Of a stretch of DNA of 30,743 bases, positions 1 to 8,105 are shown in pieces. Location: the IMG/VR virus record IMGVR_UViG_3300020042_005582, positions 1 to 30,743 of that record, one strand, 5' to 3'. How positions within the stretch are numbered: position 1 is the stretch's first letter; every line of letters starts with the position of its first letter. The translations under genes and the position numbers were made by a program. The notes under the pieces are model-generated. The model worked only from the letters and a program-made list of their open reading frames with translations, ran no database searches and had not been told where the DNA came from. This DNA is from a virus (lineage: Duplodnaviria; Caudoviricetes).

Positions 1-1
1 G

Positions 2-595
2 GCACCGTGGCAGGTGATCACTGAACCTGATTGGTTGGGTTGCGTTGATCGCCGTTCACGCATTGTTGATGAACCAACGTTGGCGTTGGATGTGACACCC
101 TCGCGTTCTATGGCATCATTGTGTGCAGCGGGTTTGCGTGATGATGGTGTTGCCCATGTGGAAGTTGTTGGCAATCGTCCCGGCACCGGTTGGGTGTTGG
201 ATTGGTTTGCTGCTGATGACCGGGCAAGCAAATACAAAAATCTTGTGATTGATCCTGTTGGTGCTGCCGGTTCCCTTGTCGGGGAACTACGCGCGCTAGG
301 TGTCAACATAACTGAAATCAGCACCCGTCAACTGGTGACAGGTTGCGGCAGATTTTATGACATGGTTGGCAATTCACAGTTGCGCCATATTGACCAAACC
401 CCATTGACCGCAGCGGTGGCAGGTGCCAAACGTCGTTCATTGGGTGATGCGTGGGCATGGCATCGCCGTGACACCACGGTTGATGTTTCACCTTTGGTTG
501 CTGCAACGCTTGCCCTGTATGGGCATGTGTCTGCTGATTTGCGTGCAACTGCTGACCCAAAAATTGTTGACCCGTGGGGTGCCTTAGATGCGTGA
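2..595 (+). CDS. terL: Terminase large subunit, C-terminal nuclease domain (5'-truncated by window)
   Basis: Frame is open from base 2. Motifs LALDVTPSRS, VIDPVG, LRHIDQTPLTAAVAGAKRR and DVSPLVAATLA resemble actinophage TerL C-termini. Lies just upstream of the portal. Confidence 0.9.
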   Translation, partial: APWQVITEPDWLGCVDRRSRIVDEPTLALDVTPSRSMASLCAAGLRDDGVAHVEVVGNRPGTGWVLDWFAADDRASKYKNLVIDPVGAAGSLVGELRALGVNITEISTRQLVTGCGRFYDMVGNSQLRHIDQTPLTAAVAGAKRRSLGDAWAWHRRDTTVDVSPLVAATLALYGHVSADLRATADPKIVDPWGALDA

Positions 596-734
596 CATGT
601 TCACAACATTGTTTGAAACCTTTGGTGCCATGTTGATTGTGGCCGGGGTTGGGTTGGCGTTCGGTATCCCTTCCGCATTGATCACTGCCGGTGTGCTGAT
701 GATCTGTGCCTGTTATTTGGTGGCCACTAGATGA
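588..734 (+). CDS. Small membrane protein (48 aa)
   Basis: Not in the ORF track. Reads MRDMFTTLFETFGAMLIVAGVGLAFGIPSALITAGVLMICACYLVATR, with two hydrophobic segments. Overlaps the terL stop and has an ATGA overlap with the portal start, a common position in HK97-like phages. Confidence 0.75.
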   Translation: MRDMFTTLFETFGAMLIVAGVGLAFGIPSALITAGVLMICACYLVATR

Positions 735-1894
735 GTCTATTTTCAAAGCGTGCATTGTTGGCACCCGATCCAATCAAAACATCCAATTGGATTCCCGGCC
801 CAAACTATTCCGGCGAAAACGTTACTGAATCAAACGCGTTGGAAGTCACCGCAGTTTTGGCGTGCGTTTCTTTGCTGGCGGATTCGGTTGCGGCATTGCC
901 GTTGCGTGCGGTGAAACATGTTGGTGATCGAAGCGAACGTGTGCAAATTCCGGGTTGGCTTTCTAATAGTTCAACTGTCACACAGTATGAACTGATGCAC
1001 ATGATTGTCACGTCACTTGCGTTGCATGGCAACGCATACATTTTTGTTGACCGTGAATCAGCGTCATCAATGCCGGTGTCACTGCAACCTTTGCATCCAC
1101 AGGATGTGCAGGTGAACATTGTGAACCGTCAGCGGTATTACACCACAGGCGGTTTCACTGTTCCGGCGGATAACATGTTGCATTTGCGTTGGTGGACACC
1201 ACCGCAAGCGGCAAAGGGTTTGTCACCTGTTGAAATGCAACGCACCACCATTGGTTTGGCGTTGGCTATGGAACGGCATTTGTCGCAGTTCTATGGTGAG
1301 GGGGCAACTCCGTCATCAGTGTTGGAAGTTGATGGTGACATGACCGCTGAACAGGCGCGTGTGTTGCAGGCAACTTGGGAGACACAGAACAAACGCCGCC
1401 GCAAGCCTGCCGTGCTTACCGGTGGAATGAAATGGAAACCAATTCAAACATCCGCAGCGGATTCGCAAATGAACGATACGCGTGCGGAACAGATTGCACA
1501 GATTGCCCGAATCTTCCGTGTGCCTGCATACATGATTGGCGCGCGCGGTGATTCACAGACATATCAAAATGTTGAATCAGCGGGCATGCATTTTGTCACC
1601 TACACATTGTTGCCGTGGTTGAAACGTATTGAAACGGCATTGTCAACGTTGATGCCTGAACCAAATGAACTTGTGTTTGACACGGCAGGGTTTTTGCGTG
1701 CCGATCAAATCACCCGTTTGCGTGCATATCAGGTTGGCATCATGTCGGGCATTCTCACACCGAACGAAGCGCGTGCCAATGAAGGGCGCGAACCGTACTT
1801 CCCCGGCGGCGATGAATTTGTTATGGCCCTACCGGGTGCGCCAATGGCCACCCCAACTGACCCCGCTGGCGTTGACCCGAACCCGCCGGAATGA
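731..1894 (+). CDS. Portal protein, HK97 family
   Basis: Motifs AVLACVSLLADSVAALP, LALHGNAY, GLSP, IARIFRVP and GILTPNEARA; 387 aa; position after terminase. Confidence 0.95.
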   Translation: MSLFSKRALLAPDPIKTSNWIPGPNYSGENVTESNALEVTAVLACVSLLADSVAALPLRAVKHVGDRSERVQIPGWLSNSSTVTQYELMHMIVTSLALHGNAYIFVDRESASSMPVSLQPLHPQDVQVNIVNRQRYYTTGGFTVPADNMLHLRWWTPPQAAKGLSPVEMQRTTIGLALAMERHLSQFYGEGATPSSVLEVDGDMTAEQARVLQATWETQNKRRRKPAVLTGGMKWKPIQTSAADSQMNDTRAEQIAQIARIFRVPAYMIGARGDSQTYQNVESAGMHFVTYTLLPWLKRIETALSTLMPEPNELVFDTAGFLRADQITRLRAYQVGIMSGILTPNEARANEGREPYFPGGDEFVMALPGAPMATPTDPAGVDPNPPE

Positions 1895-3276
1895 ACAACA
1901 ACGCAGAATCAGAACAACGCGCGTTGGATTCATACCCGCCCACTGATGGCATGGTTGCTGAAGCGCAACGCGGTTTGGACTGGCGACGCGAACACGGCAG
2001 GGGTGGAACCGCAATTGGTATTGCCCGTGCGCGTGACATTGTGAACCAACGTGATTTGCCAATTGATACATGGCGCAGAATCAAAGCCTATTTTGACCGG
2101 CATGAAATCGACAAACAGGGTGAAGGGTATTCACCTGATGAACCCGGTTACCCATCCAACGGGCGCATTGCATGGGCCTTGTGGGGTGGTGATGCAGGTT
2201 ATTCACGCGCCAAAGCAATCATGGAAACCGTTGCCAACGATGATTCAAGGACAGACATGGAAACCGAAACACGCGACAGTGAAGGGTTCTACCCGCTGAC
2301 CCCGCGACAACTAGCACAGTATTCTGCTGATGAATCCATTGTGGAACTGTTCGGCAAATACGATCAGGGCAATGGCCCTGATGGTGCGCACTACATGGCT
2401 GAATCACCTTTTGCTGATGATGGCATGGTGTGTAGCAGTTGCGCGTTTTTTCAAGGCGGGCACGGATGTGAAGTTGTTGGCGGCATGATCATGCCATCAG
2501 GCATTTGCAAACGCTGGATCATTGCAGGGGAATTGATTGGAACACCGGTTGATTTGCCGGTCACTACTGAAATGGAACCTGCAATGAATGATGAATCAAT
2601 GGTTGATGAACTAATTGATGAACCAACCGATGAACTGGTGCCTGTTCGATATTCAGCAATTGAAATTGAAAACCGCCGCATTGGTGGCCGTGATGTTGAA
2701 TTCCGCAATGTGGAAGTGGGTGGGCTGGAACTACGCGCAATGCATGATGATGATGCGCCTATGCAGTTCACCGGATATGCGGCAGTGTTCAATTCACCAT
2801 CGGAACCGTTGCCGTTCATTGAAACAATTGCACCCGGTGCGTTTCGCCGTTCGCTGAACAGCGGGCGAGAAGTTCGCCTATTCATCAACCATGACATGTC
2901 ACAAGTTTTGGCAACCACGCGCAACGGCAGCATGCGACTGTATGAAGATGAACGCGGTTTGAAAGTTGAAGCAACGCTGCCTGACACTACTGCTGCACGC
3001 GACCTTGCCACACTGATTGAATCCGGTGTTGTGCATTCAATGTCATTTGGTTTTTCCATTCCGCGCGGTGGTGATGCGTGGTCAGAAGATGGCAACAGCA
3101 GGGAACTTCGTGAGATCATGCTAGTGGAGACAAGCATCGTGACGGGCTTTCCGGCGTATCCCGCAACCGCAGGCACGCAGGTACGCAGCACCGAAGAAAT
3201 CTCCGACGACGACAACAGCACCGGCATGCCCGTTGCGTTGGCGCGTCGCATCATCGAACTAACCGCAAAGCGTTAG
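1891..3276 (+). CDS. Prohead (capsid maturation) protease, HK97 type, with long N-terminal extension (unknown domain plus HiPIP-like 4-Cys domain)
   Basis: The C-terminal ~200 aa carries FTGYAAVFNSPS, FIETIAPGAF, FINHD (His), MSFGF (Ser) and ETSIVTGFPAYP. The N-terminal ~250 aa are additional domains. Confidence 0.9.
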   Translation: MNNNAESEQRALDSYPPTDGMVAEAQRGLDWRREHGRGGTAIGIARARDIVNQRDLPIDTWRRIKAYFDRHEIDKQGEGYSPDEPGYPSNGRIAWALWGGDAGYSRAKAIMETVANDDSRTDMETETRDSEGFYPLTPRQLAQYSADESIVELFGKYDQGNGPDGAHYMAESPFADDGMVCSSCAFFQGGHGCEVVGGMIMPSGICKRWIIAGELIGTPVDLPVTTEMEPAMNDESMVDELIDEPTDELVPVRYSAIEIENRRIGGRDVEFRNVEVGGLELRAMHDDDAPMQFTGYAAVFNSPSEPLPFIETIAPGAFRRSLNSGREVRLFINHDMSQVLATTRNGSMRLYEDERGLKVEATLPDTTAARDLATLIESGVVHSMSFGFSIPRGGDAWSEDGNSRELREIMLVETSIVTGFPAYPATAGTQVRSTEEISDDDNSTGMPVALARRIIELTAKR

Positions 3277-3287
3277 TGCGAAACATC

Positions 3288-3349
3288 GCAGCCCGGAACA
3301 GTTGCCCGGACCATTAGCGCAATGGCACCACCAACTTGAAACCACCTGC
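3288..3349 (+). promoter_or_regulatory. Candidate structured RNA leader of the major capsid gene (stem with two similar internal loops)
   Basis: Nested pairings GCAG/CTGC, AGTTG/CAACT and CCATT/AATGG, separated twice by CCCGGA opposite (C)ACCAC. Confidence 0.55.
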
Positions 3350-3393
3350 ACACAAAAACAAACCCCTACCCCCGTCCATGAAAGGACAATCAA

Positions 3394-4611
3394 ATGGCTG
3401 ACGAACTTGTCACCCGTCTGACCGAACAGCGCGCGAGCGCATGGGAACAGGCCAAGAGTCTGCTTGACCATGCTGCCGCTGAAGGTCGCGACCTTTCCGG
3501 TGAAGAATCGGAACAGTTCACCCGCATCAATGATGACATTGATGCACTAGATTCCCGCCGCAAGTTTCTCATTGATGGTGAAGCGCGTGAGCGTGCCATC
3601 GATGAATCACGCGCTGCACTTGGCCTTCCCGCTGATTTCGGTTCGCGTGAAGTTGCCCCACATGTTGAAAATGATTCCGACATCATCCGTGCAATTGCTA
3701 TGGGTGAACGTCGCAATCATTCGTTTGAACAGCGTGATGTTACGAAGGGCAGCACCGGCGCACCGGTTCCTACTTCGTTTTATGATCGTCTGATTGAACA
3801 CCTTGTGGTTCAAGGTCCGATGCTTGATGGAAATGTTGTCACCATTCTGACCACTGCATCAGGTGAGAACCTGCAAATTCCACGCACCGCCACCTACACT
3901 GCCCCCGGCATTGTTGGTGAAGGAACTGCTATCCCCGAATCCGACCCCACGTTTGGCGCGTTTGTCACGCTTGGAAGTTTCAAGTTTGCTAGCACGTTCC
4001 AATTGTCGCGGGAACTTATTGAGGATGCATCTATGGGGGTCAATCTTCTTGATTTTGTCGCCCGTCAAGCCTCAGTGGGAATGGGCACAGCGGTCAATGC
4101 CTCGTTGACCGTTGGCACCGGAACCACGCAACCAACCGGCCTGATCACTGGCGCATCGTCAGCGGTCACCGGTGGCACCGGTGTGCTTGGCGCACCGTCT
4201 GCCGACAATCTGGTTGACATGATTTATACCTGCCCATCACCGTATCGCCGTCAGGGTGCTGCATGGCAAATGCGTTCCAGCACACTTGCGGTTGTTCGTA
4301 AGTTGAAAGACTCGCAAGGACAGTACCTTTGGGCACCGGGCCTTGCGATGGGCCAGCCCGATCAGTTGCTTTCGTATCCGGTTTATGAAAACCCGGACAT
4401 TGTTGCAATTGGAACTGCTGCAAAATCAGTGGCGTTTGGTAATTTTTCGAACGCCTACTATGTGCGGCAGGTTCGCGGAATTGATGTTGCGCGTGATGAC
4501 AGCGTTGGATTTGTCAACGATCTGATCACGTTCCGTGTCACATGGCGCGGTGACGGCAACGTTGTCGATCCAAACGCAGTGTGGTACTTCAAGGGCGGCA
4601 CCGCCGTCTAA
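3394..4611 (+). CDS. Major capsid protein, HK97 fold, with N-terminal delta domain
   Basis: Coiled-coil N-terminus, then FEQR-DVT (probable maturation site), VPTSF, EGTAIPESDPTF, LSRELIEDA, LKDSQGQYLW, LLSYPV and FGNFS. SD AAGGA upstream. Confidence 0.96.
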   Translation: MADELVTRLTEQRASAWEQAKSLLDHAAAEGRDLSGEESEQFTRINDDIDALDSRRKFLIDGEARERAIDESRAALGLPADFGSREVAPHVENDSDIIRAIAMGERRNHSFEQRDVTKGSTGAPVPTSFYDRLIEHLVVQGPMLDGNVVTILTTASGENLQIPRTATYTAPGIVGEGTAIPESDPTFGAFVTLGSFKFASTFQLSRELIEDASMGVNLLDFVARQASVGMGTAVNASLTVGTGTTQPTGLITGASSAVTGGTGVLGAPSADNLVDMIYTCPSPYRRQGAAWQMRSSTLAVVRKLKDSQGQYLWAPGLAMGQPDQLLSYPVYENPDIVAIGTAAKSVAFGNFSNAYYVRQVRGIDVARDDSVGFVNDLITFRVTWRGDGNVVDPNAVWYFKGGTAV

Positions 4612-4612
4612 C

Positions 4613-4697
4613 CCAACCATTCATTTGGTTGGCAAATTCGCGTGTGATGGGTTTCAAACTTGCCCGTGGTTTGGACCCATCACACGCACCACGGGCA
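4613..4697 (+). ncRNA. Candidate hairpin plus H-type pseudoknot between the capsid and glycosyltransferase genes
   Basis: Hairpin CCAACCA/TGGTTGG (4613-4632). Perfect 13-bp stem 4640-4652/4675-4687. Loop segment TGCCCGTGGT (4661-4670) is the exact reverse complement of ACCACGGGCA (4688-4697). Confidence 0.6.
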
Positions 4698-4720
4698 CAC
4701 AACAACAGGGGAAAAAACTT

Positions 4721-5956
4721 ATGGGCAAGAAACAACGCAGTGTTCAACACAACGGACGGATCACAACACACAAACCTGCTGAACAGGTTGGTGTTCTAAT
4801 CCATTCAAACGCGCCGTGGGCTAACACAGGCTACGGGGTACAAACAGGGGCATTGGCAAAAGCCTGCCAACAGGCAGGCCGCACCGTGACCCTTTCCGTG
4901 AACTACGGATTGCAGGGTGGCATATCAGGTTGGGAAGGCATCGAAGTATTGCCAACCGGATTTCACCCATACAGTGCAGACATACTAGATGCACACACCC
5001 GGTACACAAAAGAAACAACCGGACAACCAACAGCGTTGATCACACTGTTTGATTGTTGGGTTTACAAAGGACGCGACAACAGCACCATCCCGCTGATTGC
5101 ATCATGGGTTCCCATTGATCATTTGCCAGCACCCACAGACGTGATTGATTGGTGCAAACAACCAAACGTTTTGCCAATCGCAATGTCACGATTTGGTTTG
5201 GACATGCTTAACAAAGCGGGCATTGAATCAATGTACGCACCACACAGCGTGAACACATCAGTGTTCAACCCTGATGCAACCATTGAAGGAACCCCCGGAC
5301 GTAGTGCATTGGAAATCCCTGATGATGCGTTCATGGTTGGGATGGTTGCAGCAAACAAAGGCACTGCACCTATTCGCAAAGCGTTTGGTGAAAACCTTTT
5401 GGCAATGGGCCAATTCATGGCTGAACATGATGATGTTTGGTTGTATATGCACACAGAAAAACGGGGTGCGCAAGGCGGCATTGACCTGATCAGGTTGATG
5501 GATGCGTGCGGCATTCCCACCAACCGCACAGTGTGGGTTGACCAGTGGGGCTATTACGCAGGGCTAGATTCAAAAGTAGTTGCAGCATTGATTGCATCAA
5601 TGGATGTTCATTTGCTGGCATCACGCGGTGAAGGTTTCGGTATCCCCGTACTAGAAGCCGCAGCGTGTGGGGTGCCATCAATCGTTTCAAACTTTACGGC
5701 ACAACCTGAATTGGTTGACGGTTCAGGATGGTTGACCGCAGTGCAACCCTATTGGGATGCGGCACAGGCAACATGGTTTGCCACACCACTTGTGCATTCA
5801 ATTGTTGAAAACCTGAATGACGCGTATGAACACGCACGCGACACAGACCGCCGACAGGCTGCCCGTGCGCATGCTGAAACATATGATCATGCAATTGTGT
5901 TTGATAAATATTGGCAACCAATCCTTTCCCACATTGATGAACTGATGGCCAAATGA
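4721..5956 (+). CDS. Glycosyltransferase, GT-B fold (GT4 / Glycos_transf_1-like)
   Basis: N-terminal HSNAPWANTGYGVQT and the C-terminal GT4 signature SRGEGFGIPVLEAAACGVPSIVSN. Start moved to ATG 4721, which follows SD AGGGGA. Confidence 0.9.
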   Translation: MGKKQRSVQHNGRITTHKPAEQVGVLIHSNAPWANTGYGVQTGALAKACQQAGRTVTLSVNYGLQGGISGWEGIEVLPTGFHPYSADILDAHTRYTKETTGQPTALITLFDCWVYKGRDNSTIPLIASWVPIDHLPAPTDVIDWCKQPNVLPIAMSRFGLDMLNKAGIESMYAPHSVNTSVFNPDATIEGTPGRSALEIPDDAFMVGMVAANKGTAPIRKAFGENLLAMGQFMAEHDDVWLYMHTEKRGAQGGIDLIRLMDACGIPTNRTVWVDQWGYYAGLDSKVVAALIASMDVHLLASRGEGFGIPVLEAAACGVPSIVSNFTAQPELVDGSGWLTAVQPYWDAAQATWFATPLVHSIVENLNDAYEHARDTDRRQAARAHAETYDHAIVFDKYWQPILSHIDELMAK

Positions 5957-6498
5957 GTACGGCACAAATTCCGTGGGGATTGTTGGGGCAACGGTTGGAT
6001 GCGTTTGAACGCATCACCGCAATGTTGAAACCTGAATGTGTGATTGTTGAAACCGGCACGGTGCGGTTGGCAGGCAATTGGGGTGGTGATGGGCAATCAA
6101 CTGTTGTATGGAATGCATACGCTGAACAGTTGGGTGGGCATGTCACAACAATTGATTTGGACCCGGTGGGGGCTGAACTTGTCAACCAATTGGGTTTGAC
6201 TAGCACAACTGCAATCACTGGCGATTCATTGCAGATGTTGCAAACACTAGATGTTTCGCACATAGATTTTTTGTATTTGGATTCATATGATGTTGATTGG
6301 GGAAACCCTGAACCCGCAGCGGCACATCATTTGGCTGAACTGAAAATTGTTTGGCCGTTACTGCAACCCGGTTCTATCGTGGCTGTTGACGACAATCGAA
6401 ATGGCCACGGAAAAGGTGAACAGGTTGCAGCACACATGGCTGCATCAGGGGTTCCCGAAATCATCAGCGGATACGTTCGCGCATGGAAGGTGCAATGA
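5953..6498 (+). CDS. Class I SAM-dependent methyltransferase (Methyltransf_24-like)
   Basis: Motifs IVETGT, TTIDLD, GDSL, IDFLYLDS and LQPGSIVAVDD. ATGA-coupled to the glycosyltransferase. Confidence 0.85.
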   Translation: MSTAQIPWGLLGQRLDAFERITAMLKPECVIVETGTVRLAGNWGGDGQSTVVWNAYAEQLGGHVTTIDLDPVGAELVNQLGLTSTTAITGDSLQMLQTLDVSHIDFLYLDSYDVDWGNPEPAAAHHLAELKIVWPLLQPGSIVAVDDNRNGHGKGEQVAAHMAASGVPEIISGYVRAWKVQ

Positions 6499-7098
6499 AT
6501 GGCAATCACAAACGGATATTGCACACTTGCTGAATTGAAAGCAGTGATGCGCATTGCAGATGCAGTTGATGACACACTGCTGGAATCACGAATCAGTGAA
6601 GCGTCACGGGTTATTGATCAGCATTGTGATCGCAGGTTTTATGCTGACGCAACTGCAACCGCACGGGTGTATGTGGCAAACGCAACTGATGTTGTGTTTG
6701 TTGATGATGTTTCAACCACCACAGGTTTGGTTGTGAAAACAGACAGTGCAGGTGATGGAACTTATCTGACCACCCTGACTGCATCGCAAATGCAAAGTGA
6801 ACCACTGAACGCAATATCAAAGGGTTTGCCCATCACATCAATCCGTGGCACGGCAACCGGTGTGTTCCCAACTATCGCAGCCCCGGCAGGTGTGCAGGTC
6901 ACAGCCCGTTGGGGTTGGCCTGCTGTCCCTGAACCTGTGAAATCTGCATGCATTCTGTTGGCAGGTCGATTGGTGAAACGTGGTGATTCCCTTTTGGGTG
7001 TTGCCGGGTTCGGTGATTTGGGTGCCATCACTGTCAGGGCAATTGATCCTGATGTTGAACGCATGTTGCGCCCGTATCGCATTGCCGTGGTTGCCTGA
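6499..7098 (+). CDS. Head-to-tail adaptor / connector protein
   Basis: Motifs YCTLAELK, ASRVIDQHCDRRF, VQVTARWGWPAVPEPVKSAC and DPDVERMLRPYR are typical of actinophage adaptors. Confidence 0.85.
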   Translation: MAITNGYCTLAELKAVMRIADAVDDTLLESRISEASRVIDQHCDRRFYADATATARVYVANATDVVFVDDVSTTTGLVVKTDSAGDGTYLTTLTASQMQSEPLNAISKGLPITSIRGTATGVFPTIAAPAGVQVTARWGWPAVPEPVKSACILLAGRLVKRGDSLLGVAGFGDLGAITVRAIDPDVERMLRPYRIAVVA

Positions 7099-7505
7099 TG
7101 GCAGGCACAGGTTCAGACCTTCAAACCGCATTGGCTACAGCGTTGGCAACCATTTCAGGTTTGCGTGTTGCAGATCATTTGCCTGAACAGGTTGCACCGC
7201 CAATGGCGGTGATTCAATTGCAATCAGTGACCTATCACCGGGCAATGGGTGGGGGTCTGTCTGAATGGCGATATGTGGTTTCACTTATCGCAGGGCGCAT
7301 GGGTGACCGTGCCGCACAACTTCAGTTGGATGCATGGCTGTCATACGGTGGCGCGCAATCTGTGCGTGCCGCAGTTGAAGCCAACCCGAAACTAGGTGGC
7401 AAATGTTCAACATTGATTGTTGAAGAAATGGTCACCGTAAGGCCAATCACAATCGGTGATGCAGCATATGTCACCTGTGAATTCAATATCACCGTTCACG
7501 CCTAG
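7098..7505 (+). CDS. Tail terminator / neck protein
   Basis: 135 aa, with LATISGLRV..PEQVAPP and EANPKLGG. Lies between the adaptor and the tail tube gene. Confidence 0.7.
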   Translation: MAGTGSDLQTALATALATISGLRVADHLPEQVAPPMAVIQLQSVTYHRAMGGGLSEWRYVVSLIAGRMGDRAAQLQLDAWLSYGGAQSVRAAVEANPKLGGKCSTLIVEEMVTVRPITIGDAAYVTCEFNITVHA

Positions 7506-7517
7506 AAAGGGACAAAC

Positions 7518-7691
7518 GTGAGTGAATACAAAATCGTTGGCAACCACAGTGTGGTTGGTCACGAATCCGGCAGCATCATCACCGATGATGACCTAGCCGA
7601 TGTGAATGTTCAACATCTGATTGATGCAGGACACATCACGCCAGTATCCAAAGCAACGAAGGTTGCAACCGTCATCAATGAAAAGGACTGA
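7518..7691 (+). CDS. Small hypothetical virion-region protein (57 aa)
   Basis: Not in the track. GTG start after SD AAAGGGA. Reads MSEYKIVGNHSVVGHESGSIITDDDLADVNVQHLIDAGHITPVSKATKVATVINEKD and fills the gap before the tail tube gene. Confidence 0.7.
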   Translation: MSEYKIVGNHSVVGHESGSIITDDDLADVNVQHLIDAGHITPVSKATKVATVINEKD

Positions 7692-7696
7692 CCAAA

Positions 7697-8104
7697 ATGG
7701 CTCAGGTAATCACAAACGCTTCCGTCAGTATTGGTGGCGTAGATTTGTCACAGCACATCACAAAGGTCACGCTGTCAACGACGCGTGCGGAAATCGAAAC
7801 AACCACATTTGGCAACACTGCCAAACGCCGTGTTGGCGGACTTGCCGACAGCAGTGCAGCGTTTGATTTCAACAATGATTACATTGGTGCAGGCAACGTC
7901 GAACAAACGCTGTATGCGCTACTTGGCAGCACCGCGCAGGTGGTTGTTCTGCCAGCCGGTACCACTGTTGGAACGGCAAACCCCAAATACACATTCAACG
8001 TGCTTGTCACTGAATGGATGCCACTGGATGCACAGGTTGGCGAACTGACCACTGCATCAATCACATGGCCGATTGACGGCACCATCGCAAAGGCAACCGC
8101 CTAG
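7697..8104 (+). CDS. Major tail (tube) protein
   Basis: Motifs GVDLSQHITKVTL, ETTTFG, GGLAD, NPKYT and VGELTTASITWP. SD AAGGA; position in tail module. Confidence 0.85.
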   Translation: MAQVITNASVSIGGVDLSQHITKVTLSTTRAEIETTTFGNTAKRRVGGLADSSAAFDFNNDYIGAGNVEQTLYALLGSTAQVVVLPAGTTVGTANPKYTFNVLVTEWMPLDAQVGELTTASITWPIDGTIAKATA

Positions 8105-8105
8105 C

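Noticed and set aside
2451-3254. 267-aa minus-strand ORF
   Set aside because: Antisense shadow of the protease; Ser-rich with no motifs. Scarcity of stop codons on the reverse strand explains such ORFs.
4535-4720. Upstream in-frame extension of the glycosyltransferase ORF overlapping the capsid end, suggesting a capsid-GT frameshift fusion stimulated by the pseudoknot
   Set aside because: The GT is in the +1 frame relative to the capsid, while pseudoknots typically promote -1 shifts. There is no slippery heptamer near the capsid stop, and ATG 4721 has its own good SD.
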